Source: Amphiscolops sp. MND2022
Taxonomy: Eukaryota
Length of the DNA stretch: 64,000 nucleotides
Reading direction: 5' to 3'
Assembly: GCA_964187785.1 (NCBI GenBank)
Contig: OZ076409.1
Span: forward strand, 17,858,001 to 17,922,000
Below the pieces are notes generated by a model that was given only the letters and a program-made list of their open reading frames with translations, had not been told where the DNA came from and did no database searches. Each line of letters begins with the position of its first letter. Positions within the stretch are counted from its first letter, which is position 1. The position numbers and the translations under genes were made by a program. Of the stretch, positions 33,250 through 46,341 are shown in pieces.

Positions 33250-36200
33250 TGGAGTGGCGCATCAAAGCACCTACCCTAGATTGGGAAAAATGGATTGATC
33301 TGTTTGAAGTGGCTCTAATGGCCAAAAACAATATGTTCATCTCTGATTTAACAAAAACTGGAAATAAAAAAAAGTCTCATGGGAGATCTCAATGAAATAC
33401 CCGCAAACAAGAAAGTAATAAGTGTCCTGTACGTGGCTTTGGGGTCTGCAGCAAGAAAAACAATAGCCGAAAAGTTTCCCATAACAAATATTGCGACAAT
33501 CAGTCTTCCAGATCTATTGAAGAATTGCAAGAACTGCTTTAGAAACCGAAGAATGAAACTCTGGACAGATTTAAATTCTTGTCAAGAAAGCATAAGGAGT
33601 GAGGATCCCCCGACAATTCTGGAATGAACTAAATGGACTCGCTGCAAAGTGTAATTTCGGAGGGATAACTGAAAGCCTGGTGAAGGACGTATTTATTGTA
33701 AAAATGGCAAAAAAACATGTCCAACAAAAATTATGTACAGAACCGAAAACAACAGTCAACGAAACTATCCAGTTTGCAATTGCATACGAAGAAGGAACAA
33801 CCCGCCAAACGTCAATTGATAAACTGGAGAGGCCAAATCTCAAATCGAAGGCTACAGAAGTAAACAACATTTGGGGCCTAACCAGAAATGCTTCCGTTGT
33901 GAGGGTAACTTCACTCCACAACACTTAAAGGATTGTAAAGCAATGGGAGACACCTGCATGAAGTGTGGAAAGAAAGGACACTTTGCTAAGTGTTGCCAAA
34001 CAAAACGAGCAGTGGCTTTCACTAAAAGTTGCAAAGTAGCGAAACCGCCAGAAAGAATTCAACGCATAGATGAATGGAGTGAAAATAGCTAAGAAGAATC
34101 AACAACAGGCGACAATAAAGTAGTTTTACCAATCGAAGGAGATGAGAACGGACACTTTACGATGACAGGGCGAACTAATGGAAACACATTTGAAACCATG
34201 GTTGACTCGGGCTTGCCAGTAACTATATTTGCAACAGACGACATCAAAGAAATAATGGAACGCAAAACACTATTTATTCGTGAACTACCGAAAGATGAAG
34301 AATACGTGGATTCCAACAAACGAAAACTTAAATTGCGGGGTTACATCTTCTGTTATTTGGAAGTAGGTGGGAGTAAACGTCATAAAGCCAGAATCCTAAC
34401 TGCAGGAAAAAGAGCAAAGTCCCTGATTGGCTGAGACTGGCTGAACGCTTTCAGTTACAGATTTGTATCCAATCAAAATGAAGGTATTGAAGCTATTCGC
34501 AAAGTTAACGTAAAAGATAAACAACCAAATAAAATAGACCGACCAAACGATATAAAAAAAGAAAGCGGAATAGAAACTCACAACGGCGTGAATGAACGAA
34601 ATAAATTGAAAGAACAATTTAAAGAGCTATTTACCAGACAAGGAAAGTTAATGGGCTCTGATGGGAAAATCGAATTGAAACAAAACCAATGGTAACTCTG
34701 CAGAAAGGTAGGCGAATACCAATACAACTGCAACAAGCAGTTCAAGAAGAAAAAGAACAGCTATCAAATAAAGGTCAAATAGAACGCGTAACAGAAGTGA
34801 CAGACAAAGAATTCATTCAACCGGTACCGGTCGTAACAACAGTAAAGCGAGTCAAAAGCGTGAAAATCGCACTCGAAGCACGGGTAGTAATTAATGAACT
34901 CGTCAAGGACAAATATCAAACGCCGAATTTAGAACATCTGGTAGATATGGTCACGGAACAATTAGACAAATAAAACGAAAGACCAGCATGGTATACTTCT
35001 TTAGAAATGCATTAGAAAGGCCAAGTACCTTTAGATGAAAAAACTATAAAACGATAATCGGAGGACAAGCAACTGGAACGTACCGATTCACAACGGGGTT
35101 TTACGGATTAACCGCAATGCCCACTGAATTTCAGGAACACATGAAACCCATTACAAAACAGTTACAAAAGTCCTGGAACGATTAAATAAAGCCAATATTA
35201 GGCTCAAATGGGAAAATTGTAAATTTGCACATAGTGAATTAGAATAGCTCGGTTATAAATTAAACCAAACATGAATCAGCCTAATAAATTCCAAAATGCA
35301 GGCGATAGCAGATAAACTAAAACCAAAAAACTTAAAGGAACTACGGTCATATCCGGGAGCAGTAAACCAGATGAATAGATTTTTACCAAACTGAGCACAA
35401 TTGTGTTTTAAACTACGACCACTAATGAAAAAGGATAAACCTTGGCAGTGGGACGAAACACATGATAAGGCATTCGAAGAAATAAACAAACAAGGCCAAA
35501 ATGTAGTAGAAGTAGGCACTTTAAGAGAAGCGCAAAAAAACGCAATAGTGTGTGACGCCAGCAAAGCCAGCTTAGGCGCAGTACTACAACAAGAAGACGA
35601 AATTGTGTGGAGACCAATCCATTTTGTGTCACTATTCTTAACACCACTTGAAGATAAATATTCTATAAACGAATTGGAACTACTCGCAGTTGTTTGGGAT
35701 GTAGATCACTTCAACACCTACCTTTATGGAATAAAATTCCAACTCTTGTCCGATCATAAAGCTCAAAGGTGAAAGTGTGAAGGCAACAGAATTATTGAAC
35801 AACTTGATTCACTGTCAACCATGTAAGTAATGTAAATAGCATTTCAGCTGAAGAATTCAACCGACCAATCAGAGGCCACCAATGGATGAAACTGAGACGT
35901 GACGATGAACGAAATAAAAGCGCATACGCGTACAATTCACATAATTCAAACGATCACGCGAGAGTAAACAAGCTACACAATATGGGACAAAGTCATTCGA
36001 CTGACATTCCAACAGGTAATAAAATTTCAAAGAACTTTGAACCCAAATTGGCACTCGCAGACCAAATTGGTGAAAGTATGCTTGCAGCAAATTACCGAGA
36101 TGACGAAACTTTACACAAAGTTATCGCGCTGGTAAAGAACGCGTCAAAAGCTAAAATCAAAGCATTAGATTGCCCGTAGCGAGAAAGATTTATTTTGCTC

Positions 36201-37540
36201 TTATTAGATGAAAACGATTTACTTTACTTAGATGACCGCCTGATCATTCTTAAAATTTTACAAACACCCATTAAAAACTCACTCATTGGGGACATCCGGG
36301 TAGAGATCAGATGCTCAGGCAAATTACAGATTATTGGCGGCAACGCATCCATAGGGATCTCATCTTGCTTGGCAAGACGTCCGCAGAATGTCAGAACGCA
36401 GGTAAATCGATAAAACCAATACTGAAACAAAAACAATTTGGTAAACTGCCAATACCGTAAAAAGGTTAGCGAAAAAATAGCAATCGATTTTGCAGGCCCA
36501 TTCAAAACTGCCCGTAGTATTAAGAAATACCTAACTGTATCTGTAGATAGTAAAACAGGATGGCCCGATGCAACATTTCTTAGAGCCCCCACAACATGTA
36601 AGGTAATAGAATTTTTAAAGAGATATACAACAGACAACGGCATACCACACCGCATTCGCACAGATCCAGGAACCGCTTTTACGAGCGAAAAATTTCAAAA
36701 CTCCTGTGAAGAATACTTAATAAAACACATCACATGCCCAATACAAGATCATCGCGGTAATGGTAAAGTCGAACGTTTAATAAGAACGGTAAATGAAAGA
36801 TTGACGGCCAATAAAAATATCATCAACGAATGGACAGATTATTTTCAACGAATAGTTGATTTCGCACATGCGTTTCCGCGATTTTCAGTTATGAACAACA
36901 AAACTCGCCCATGCATTACCGAGTTTTTTGGCCACTATTTTCCGAGTTTTGGAAGGCCTTGCCGGTTACCCCACTGTAATGATAGTATTGAAAAAGGACA
37001 ACAAGGGACCATCTGAACTACTCTACGTGTTACGAAGAGCACCAAAAAGTAATTGCATATTCCTAACTGAACTACAACTAGGAAGAAAACTAATTACTAT
37101 CAAAGATATAATAACTACAAAAGCAACCCCAAATAACCACACTGTTTCAGAAAACGACAGCAACTTCGAACTGGAACTCAGCAATTTCCCGAGCGACCAA
37201 GTTTCGGAAACACTAGTCCGTGAACGAGCCCGTTGTTCCAAATTGGAGAATGACTTCAAAAGAAAGAAGGGAAGTCATCGCTGCAATACAGTCACGCTGA
37301 AGGAACGCAGCAAGTCTCAACCAAAATTGTACAGCAAACGCGACGTAGCACACTCACCAAAGAAAATAACGCAACCAACAGACCAATCAATTCGCCACAA
37401 AATTGAACAAGCAATGCGAGCCATACAACCAAAGGAAGCAACTACACCAAAACAACCAAACACCCCCCCAAGAAAGAAAAGAAAATCCGAAAGAATTCAA
37501 AAGACTACAAAATTGGCGAGAACTACTGGTAAAAGACACA
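33250..37540 (+). pseudogene. Decayed Ty3/gypsy (Mag-like) gag-pol; LTRs not recognised
   Basis: WEKWIDLFEVA; CMKCGKKGHFAKCC; MVDSG; CDASKASLGAVL, ELELLAV, SDHK; IDFAGP, TDPGTAF, NGKVER; many stops and frameshifts. Confidence 0.9.
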
Positions 37541-38548
37541 CACGAGGTGTATTGGACTGCAAACAACTGCATGGAGTGAATTTTGGGTTGATCTGGTGCC
37601 TTAACAGGACAGAAAACGCTTCCTTCTTTTTCGTGATCGTAGCAATTGGCCATTTCAAAACGTGTACGTTTATTAGAAAGTTGTTCTTGTTGAAATTTGC
37701 CGTCGTACATTCTCTGGTGTGATCCAGCGAAGTTTTACAGAGATTGTAGCTCAGTAGCAAACTTTGTGTGTGTGTTTTTAGGTCTGTAGAATTAGTTGGA
37801 AACGCTAACCTTCTACTTTTTTCCTCCTGAACGTTAGAATCAACTTACAGCGAAAAATTCTCAGGAAGCAGTATCGACACTTTAGCGTGAGATGAATTCA
37901 CCTATCAATCCGTTGTAGACTTTGACACAGTCTATGATAACTCTCTGTAACGCAACAGTGAGAGCACTTAACTTTCATGACAAGTTTGAAGACTTTATTT
38001 TTGACAATTTTGAAGACCACGAGATTGTTTTGGATGTGATGGAAAAGATGTTTGTTTATGAACATTGTCCTTATCTGGAAATTCAACAAAACATTGAAAT
38101 TGGAACTCGAATTTGATGAAGCGCTGTAACTGCGGCTATTGTATTGGGTGGACAATTGTCGTCTGAGTCAATTCACATGTTATCGGATGACATTGCTTTG
38201 CAGCAAACACATGAATGAAGTCCTCTCTTCAAGTTAAAGCTTATATTTGAAAGGTAGTTCTCCTTTTTCTACGAATGAGACATTTGCCATAGTCAATACC
38301 TGAACCAATTCATAAGGCAGGTGACCAACGATTGCCAAGTTTAGGCAGCAACTGAATTTTACAGAATCACTGTGGAGCGAAATGCCTTTTTTGGTATTGA
38401 TTAAATGACGATATTTTAAAAAAGCACTGAAATTCAATTGCAATTACATGGGCTATAATTGAGTTGAAAAGGTGAGAAAAAAGACCAGAAAGTATGCATG
38501 GCATGAGTTTCTCCGGAGATTCATTCAGCGAGACGAGGCAATACTAAC

Positions 38549-38644
38549 TTGCTGCGTTAAGTCCTGTGCAAGTGTAGAATGCCATGTCATGAAAGATGGC
38601 AGGGAAGATACACGGAGTCGTGGTTCCGTCGGCGGAGCATTCCC
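38549..38644 (-). CDS. Host exon: first half of FN2-like module 2
   Basis: tttag|..|gttagt, 96 nt, phase 1-1; ECSADGTTTPCIFPAIFHDMAFYTCTGLNAA. Confidence 0.75.
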
Positions 38645-39321
38645 CTAAAGAATATACGTTTCAAATACTCTGTACGTAGCATATGTTAGGTAACATACGT
38701 CTATGGGAAAGAATAAAGTAGCTGCAAAAAAGGTGCTGATTTACCTCAAGTGGAATGACTTATCAAGTTTTTGAAGTGCTGGTAAGAGATCACCAACATG
38801 GCAAAAAAATTGGAGTCGATGGAATTTGGGTAAAAACATGAACAAACTTTTGAAAAGATCAATGCTTTTGAACCTGAAATGTGAGATTCTAGACTCCCAA
38901 CTTAAGATGTAGAAGTTTAAAAGAAATTTTGATGGACTTTGATTGTAAAATGCCATACCCGGAATTTCGATAGCTTACCTTAAATTACAACGAGAAAAGT
39001 AGATCTATGAGATCAAAAGTTCTACTTCTAAATGATTTTTCAGACTGATTTCGGGCAACATACTTTTCAAAAAAAACATAGAATGAATGCAGATAACCAT
39101 AAGTGATCCTGTTTTTGGCAATTGAGTCTTTTTCAAAAATTATAGAGTTAAAATAACACGAGTTTGAACAAAGGTTTGCTCTCGATGGTCTTCGCGAGGA
39201 CTTTCGATTTCAAATGCTCAACTTTTGCTATAATGTGCAAGGATTCCCTTTGGGTGTGAAGCTAATTCTTCAATTCAGAAAAGTTTATGGAAAATCAGAA
39301 TACAATTGAGAAAGAACTAAC

Positions 39322-39414
39322 GAGCTGCTTTACAAGAATCGGGACAAGCTATTAGGTCAGTGTCGGCCACAGTCACATCGGCGTCTGATGTTGAGTCCGG
39401 ATTCCCACATTTTG
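39322..39414 (-). CDS. Host exon: second half of FN2-like module 1
   Basis: tttcag|..|gttagt, 93 nt, phase 1-1; KCGNPDSTSDADVTVADTDLIACPDSCKAA. Confidence 0.65.
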
Positions 39415-39839
39415 CTGAAACAGGTTTGCAAAACTATTTGTGTGACGGAAACTAATGCACTCGGGAGAGTTACTTAAAAATTATGGTTCAAAGAACCGCA
39501 TCTCTGAAACCACAGATGAATTGATGTTGAAAAAGCCAGGTCTGATCTCACTAAGTGGCTGTACGGTGATTCTGTTCACATGATTCACTCACAGTTCAGC
39601 ACCGAGAATTGAAAATCTGATCACTGAGTTTTCTTTATATTTCTCAATTCATCATAATTGATATCAATCGAAAACTTAGTTGATCGCCTTTTTCTCAGGT
39701 GCTCATTGAATCCTGCTATCAGGTGGAGAGTTAAATTTGATCATTTGATTGGCGTTGATCAATTTTTTCAATGTTTTCATGATGTATGTTTGCAAAATTG
39801 GCACAAAAATGTCATTTGGCACATCCAAAGCAATGTTAC

Positions 39840-42800
39840 TGTTGAAGTCTTGATGAAGACGTATTAGAATGTTGAAGAATGTATTATGATCAATGTATTG
39901 TAAAATGTAGAAGTTAAGATGTAATGTATATGGCAACAGCAGTTTTTCAAATGAGTATGTAAAGGTCTATAATTCTATTAGCAGGTGTTAATACTTTGTT
40001 TACAAACATGTCTGTTCAGCATTGTTCTCACTCTATCACATTTATACATATAAATGTTTCTTTTTGACTGGTTCATTCAAAGTTCAACACAGTTTCAGGA
40101 AAACTGTTGACTTTTGACTTGTGTACGTTTTTGACAACAGAAATAATACGTGTTGCCGAAATAAAGACGTCTTGTAAGAACAAAGCATTGTTTTGCAAGG
40201 TCTTGCAAGACGTCTTGCAACTTCTTTGCAAGGTTGTTTTGTAACTCTAGGGACTCTAAAGTCTATGAAACGTGATTTTGCAGTGCAAAGTAGAAGCTCG
40301 CTGGGACGTTCTCCGAGTTTTCAGTCTTTATTTTTGCCTAAATTGATCGACTTCCTCCTAAAAAAGCCGCCTATTTTTGACATTTTTGGACTAAATTTTG
40401 TTTATTTTTATTAATCAAGGGTTATTCAAGGTTTTTGTAAAATATTTTTCAATGAAGCACAAACTCGCCAAAATGAAGCCTACAACAGGCCGCCCAGGTT
40501 TTCGATCCTTATAAATCTTTGCAGATCTGCATCATTTTTGCAGTGAACTTTGCAAGTATGTGCAGATTCGAAGAAAATGACCTACTCAGAAACACAATAA
40601 AAACCACTCAGCGATGTCAAACAAATAATAAAAAAGTTTAAAACTGGAGACAAAGTCTCATTCATGACAAAATGATGAATCACTAGGATAGTGGAGTCAA
40701 TTTCTTCTTCAAAGTCTGACGTCGAGAAGTTTACCTTGCCTTCTTGCTCTAAAACACTCTTCGGATTTGCTAACAATTCGTTTACAATATTACTTTTGAC
40801 GGTATTTGGTTCCCTTCCATATTGTTTTTCAAAAGGCGACTTCCCATCTGCTTTCTTTCCTGTGCGCAACGCATACAAAGATTCGGATAGCCCGGAATTA
40901 TCCCTTTTTACGATTATGTTTTTGTTCGTGCGCAAGCATTCATTGAGGGTCCTGATCAACCTTTCGATCTTACTATTTCCTCGGTGATCTCTCACCGGGC
41001 AAGTTACGTGTTTGATATGGAAATGCTGACAGAAATTTTTGAATGATTCGCTCGTAAATACCGTCCCCGGATCCGACCGTATACTCTTTGGAACTCCATA
41101 CTGTGCCATGTAATTCTTTAAAAATTCAATTACTTTCTTTGTTACATGTCTCTTTTTCTTTGAGGGTGCTTCTGATTACAGCATTTTTCCCAATGGCCCG
41201 TTATCGAACAGAATTGATGATTTTTAGCTGGGCATTTTTTTAAAAGTTCAAGATTAAAATTATCAGCTCCGCATCTGTAGCATTCCCTTCGATTGTGTTT
41301 ATTCACCGACAATACTGGCTCACTCTTTACTTTGGGTTGGTCCACTACGCTTGTGCCCATTGATTTCTGCCGTTTCAATCCTTCTTCGTACGATACAGCG
41401 TAATGCAAGGCGTCTTGTGGGTTTGCAAACGGTTCTACGCAGAATCTCTCTTGCACCTTTTTGTTATTCATATTCAGAATGAATACATCATGTACCAGTG
41501 TTTGGGTAATTTCGCCCAATTCACAACGCGCTGCCAGACCGTTTAAAGGGTGCCAGAACTGCTGCAGAATCTCGTTTGGCATTTGTTTACGTGACAGAAA
41601 ATGATGTCTATCTAATGTTCTGTTTCGTTCTATTCGAAAGCACCCTTCGCAGCTCTGTAACATTTCAGTTGCTTGATGGGACCAAATTGTTTTCTCTGGA
41701 TATTTGTCGCGGAACATTTTCCGACCAGCTTCCCCCAATGACAGGAACATCATACTCACTGCTTTCTTGTTTGCCGCTTCTTCTGGCATATCCCCCAGAA
41801 GTGCCTTTACCTTCGGGTTTGTCTCATCCGCCGTTCTGATCAATTCGTTCATTCAGATGGAATATTTGGCCATCATTGCTACTGCAAACAAATCAATCCA
41901 TTTCTCCCATTCCATTGACGGTGAATTGGAAGCTTCATGCCAGAATAGAGGAAGTCCCACTAGCAGCGAATTCGTTGACGACGAACTTGATGACGATGCC
42001 GAAGTTGAAGCTCGCAGCGCCATGTTGAAGTCTTGATGAAGACGTATTAGAATGTTGAAGAATGTATTCTGATCAATGTATTGTAAACTGTAGAAGTTAA
42101 GATGTAATGTATATGGCAACAGATTCAAATGAGTTTTTCAAATGAGTATGTAAAGGTCTATAATTCTATTAGCAGGTGTTAATACTTTGTTTACAAACAT
42201 ATCTGTCCAGCATTGTTCTCACTCTATCACATTTATACATATAAATGTTCCTTTTTGACTGGTTCATTCGAAGTTCAACACAGTTTCAGGAAAACTGTTG
42301 ACTTTTGACTGGTGTACGTTTTTGACAACAGAAATAATACGTGTTGCCGAAATAAAGACGTCTTGTAAGAACAAAGCATTGTTTTGCAAGGTCTTGCAAG
42401 ACGTCTTGCAACTTCTTTGCAAGGTTTTTTTGTAACTCTAGGGACTCTAAAGTCTATGAAACGTGATTTTGCAGTGCAAAGTAGAAGCTCGCTGGGACGT
42501 TCTCCGAGTTTTCAGTCTTTATTTTTGCCTAAATTGATCGACTTCCTCCTAAAAAAGCCGCCTATTTTTGACATTTTTGGACTAAATTTGTTTAATTTCA
42601 ATAATCAAGGGTTTTTCAAGGTTTTTGTAAATTATTTTTCAATGAAGCACAAACTCGCCAAAATGAAGCCTACAACAGGCCGCCCAGGTTTTCGATCCTT
42701 ATAAATCTTTGCAGATCTGCATCATTTTTGCAGTGATCTTTGCAAGTATGTGCAGATTCGAAGAAAATGACCTACTCAGAAACACAATAAAAACCACTCA

Positions 42801-42874
42801 GCGATGTCAAACAAATAATAAAAAAGTTTAAAACTGGAGACAAAGTCTCATTCATGACAAAATGATGAATCACT
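39840..42874. repeat. ~850-bp direct duplication (39840-40684 and 42023-42874)
   Basis: Near-identical sequence; near-identical ORF translations 40193-40414 and 42384-42704. Confidence 0.92.
40685..42330 (-). mobile_element. Internally deleted gypsy (Mag-like): LTR-like segment, PBS, gag fused to the integrase 3' half
   Basis: TGTTG..CAACA segment 42023-42330 followed by TGGCGCTGCGAG; gag WEKWIDLF..CYRCG; jump at ~41140 to SDPGTVF..KIERL; same family as 33250-37540. Confidence 0.85.
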
Positions 42875-43305
42875 GTTCTGCAGCAATCTGTACCAATCTG
42901 AAGAGATTGCAGATCTCTACAGAGCCAAACAATGGCCAATAAATTACTATAACATATTTCGAGTTACCAGCAATTACTAAACTTACTCCAACAAAGCATG
43001 TTCCAAATTTTACAACAACACTTTCTCATCATATCGGATACATTGAGAAAGTGTTGCTGTAAAATTTTGGAACATGCTTTGTTGGAGTAACTTTAGTAAT
43101 TGCTGGTAACACGAAATATGGTATAGTACTACTTTTGGTCATTGTTTGGCTCTGTAGAGATCTGCAATCTTTCCAGATCGGTACAGATTGCTGCAGAACA
43201 ATGATTCACCATTTTCACATAAATGAGGCTTTGTCTCCAGTTTTAAACTTCTTTATTATTTGTTTGACATCGCTGAGTGGCTTTTATTGTGTTTCTGAGT
43301 AGGTC
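42769..43305. repeat. Long foldback palindrome (~260-bp arms), copy 1
   Basis: GACCTACTCAGAAAC...CACTTTCTCA loop TGAGAAAGTG...GTTTCTGAGTAGGTC. Confidence 0.92.
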
Positions 43306-44435
43306 TCTATAAAAAGATAAAAGTCTCAATAAAAGACTCAAGAAAAAGTCTCATACCGCCGAAAAAATTCAAGTTTGCAAAACGTTTTTTCAAGCCAAAA
43401 ATTTTTTAGGAATTGAAGGGGTGTAGGTAATCTTTGACTAATTGGTTGGATTTTTGTTCGCAAAACTGCAGAGCGCCGAAAAAACTATCAATTTCTTTCA
43501 AAAATATTGAAAATACAGAAAACTAACTAACAGAAAACCTCAAATGACCAAAAATTGTGCAAAAGTTATTTTCGAACTTTCTCAGGATTTTTGAAGTTCT
43601 CTTCAGTAAGTCACATAGTCTAGAAAAACACCAATAGTACCAACAATACTCTGCTAAACTTCACGGGGGGTTGGCTTTGGTTTAAAAAAATCAGAAAAAA
43701 GTTACACTGTACCAAAAACGCAAACGCGGCGTCCTTTGGTCTTTCCTCTAACTTTGCAATCATAGACAAATTTGTTTAAATCGGGACTCGAAACCACGTA
43801 TTCCTGCTTTTCAGGACTCGTAACGAGGCATGGGAGTCCGTGTTTACCACTTTGCCGAAAGACGGGCCTGAAAAACTTATAAAAGGGAACGCTACAGAGT
43901 GAACGAAGAACAAAACGGGAACGTCTAAAGTCGGCGCTATATCTAAGGCTCAAAAAGCGCAAAACATTTTTTTTGAAAAACTTGACATTTTTGAAACGTT
44001 TTCCTTTGGGAAAATGATGCATAGTGCCGAAAAATGCAAAAGGGGAGCCCTTTTGGCTTTATTAACATATATTCTGTTGCTAAATAGTAAAACGTTTAAA
44101 AAATTTCGGAAAAAGTCGCACAATGCCGAGAAAAACCTTTAGTTTTGTCCGAATTTGAAGGTTACATTGAAAACGTATAAAAAAACGAAAGGGGGCCCTT
44201 TTCACTAATTTCCACTGACCGGACATGACCTTATGGCCTTAGTAGTTTTAGTAGTTTCTATTGTAAGAAAAGTAGACCAATCAGAGTGAGATTGTAGTCT
44301 GACGAAAAAAAAAGAACAAACTCGCCAAAGTGAAGCCTAAAACAGGCCGCCCGGGTTTTCGATCTTTATAAATCTTTGTAGATCTGCATCATTTATGCAG
44401 AGAACTTTGCAGGTATGTGCAGATTCGAAGAAAAT

Positions 44436-44971
44436 GACCTACTGAGAAACACAATAAAAACCACTCAGCGATGTCAAACATATAATAAAAAAGTTTAAAA
44501 CTGGAGACAAAGTCTCATTCATGACAAAATGATGAATCACTGTTCTGCAGCAATCTGTACTGATCTGAAGAGATTGCAGATCTCTACAGAGCCAAACAAT
44601 GACCAATAAATTACTATAACATTTTTCGAGTTACCAGCAATGACTAAAGTTACTCCAACAAAGCATGTTCCAAATTTTACAACAACACTTTCTCAACATA
44701 TCGGATATGTTGAGAAAGTGTTGCTGTAAAATTTTGGAACTTGCTTTGTTGGAGTAACTTTAGTAATTGCTGGTAACTCAAAATATGGTATAGTAATTTA
44801 TTGGTCATTGTTTGGCTCTGTAGAGATCTGCAATCTTTTCAGATCGGTACAGATTGCTGCAGAACAATGATTCATCATTTTCACATAAATGAGACTTTGT
44901 GTCCAGTTTTAAACTTCTTTATTATTTGTTTGATATCGCTGAGTGGCTTTTATTGTGTTTCTGAGTAGGTC
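44436..44971. repeat. Long foldback palindrome, copy 2
   Basis: Same structure as 42769-43305. Confidence 0.92.
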
Positions 44972-45572
44972 TCTATAAAAAGATAAAAGTCTCGATAAAA
45001 GACTCAAAAAAAGTCTCATACCGCCGAAAAAGTTCAAGTTTGCAAAACGTTTTTTCAAGCCAAATAATTTTTAGGAAATGAAGGGGTGTAGGTAATCTTT
45101 GACTAATTGGTTGGATTTTTGTTCGCAAAACTGCAGAGCGCCGAAAAAACTATCAATTTCTTTCAAATTTATTGAAAATACAGAAAACTAACTAACAGAA
45201 AACCTCAAATGACCAAAAATTGTGCAAAAGTTATTTTCTAACTTTCTCAGGATTTTTGAAGTTCTCTTCAGTAAGTCACATAGTCTGGAAAAACACCAAT
45301 AGTACCAACAATACTCTGCTAAACTTCACGGGGGGTTGGCTTTGGTTTAAAAAATCAGAAAAAAGTTACACTGTACCAAAAACGCAAACGCGGCGTCCTT
45401 TGGTCTTTCCTCTACCTTTGCAATCATAGACAAATTTGTTTAAATCGGGACTCGAAACCACGTATTCCTGCTTTTCAGGCCTCGTAACGAGGCATGGGAG
45501 TCCGTGTTTACCACTTTGCCGAAAGACGGGCCTGAAAAATTTATAAAAGGGAACGCTACAGAGTGAACGAAG

Positions 45573-46060
45573 AACAAAACGGGAACGTCTAAAGTCGGCG
45601 CTATATCTAAGGCTCAAAAAGCGCAAAACATTTTTTTTGAAAAAAACTTGACATTTTTGAAACGTTTTTCTTTGGGAAATTGTTGCATAGTGCCGAAAAA
45701 TGTAAAAGGGGGGCCCTTTTGGCTTTATTAACATATATTCTGTTGCAAAATATCAAAACACTCGAAAAGGGACTCTTTTGAAACATTAAAAAAATTTCGA
45801 AAAAAGTCGCACAATGCCGAAAAAAACCTTTAGTTTTGTCCGATTTTGTAGGTTACATTAAAAACGTTAAAAAATGAAAGGGGGCCCTTTTGCACTAATT
45901 TCCACTGACCGGACATGGCCTTATGGCCTTAGTAGTTTTAGTAGTTTCTATTGTAAGAAAAGTCGACCAATCAGAGTGAGATTGTAGTCTGACAAAAAAA
46001 GAAAAAACTAGCCACTGTAATAGTCGGGCATTTTTCACTAGAAAAGCGCCGACTAAAAAA
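45573..46060 (-). mobile_element. HINE-like element copy (a further diverged copy follows to ~47030; truncated copy at ~43907-44315)
   Basis: AACAAAACGGGAACGTCTAAAGTCGGCGC...TAGTCGGGCA..GCGCCGACTAAAAAA. Confidence 0.7.
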
Positions 46061-46224
46061 CAAGCCAGAAGAAGGAAACAGCCAAAATCGGCGCCCCATT
46101 CAAAGTTCAGAATTTTTTAAATGTACAAAGGACACTATTCCATTCATAGCTTCCATTACAGAAAATGTATAGCTTATGTCAAGTCTATAGTGCCGAAAAA
46201 TACCCGAGGGATGCCCATAAGACA

Positions 46225-46341
46225 TAAAAATTGCCTTATACCCAACTGGAAACATGAAAGTCCAGTATTTTGCATCTTTACTAAAAAAAGATGCAAAATA
46301 CTGGACTTTGATGTTTCCAGTTGGGTATAAGGCAATTTTTA
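46225..46341. repeat. Near-perfect 117-bp hairpin (mini-MITE-like)
   Basis: TAAAAATTGCCTTATACCC...GGGTATAAGGCAATTTTTA, ~55-bp arms, one mismatch. Confidence 0.9.

Larger units (their letters stand above)
42649..46000. repeat. Tandem duplication, unit ~1.67 kb (42649-44315 and 44316-~46000)
   Basis: Both units start ACAAACTCGCCAAA and share the foldback and HINE-like segments; near-identical ORFs 43702-44022 and 45366-45734. Confidence 0.92.

Noticed and set aside
36824..36982. ~160-bp interruption of the decayed gypsy integrase
   Set aside because: A real insertion, but no termini or TSD recognisable; ordinary decay
43702..45734. Duplicated 106/122-aa ORFs and other short K/F-rich ORFs
   Set aside because: Chance frames in HINE-like and duplicated non-coding repeats
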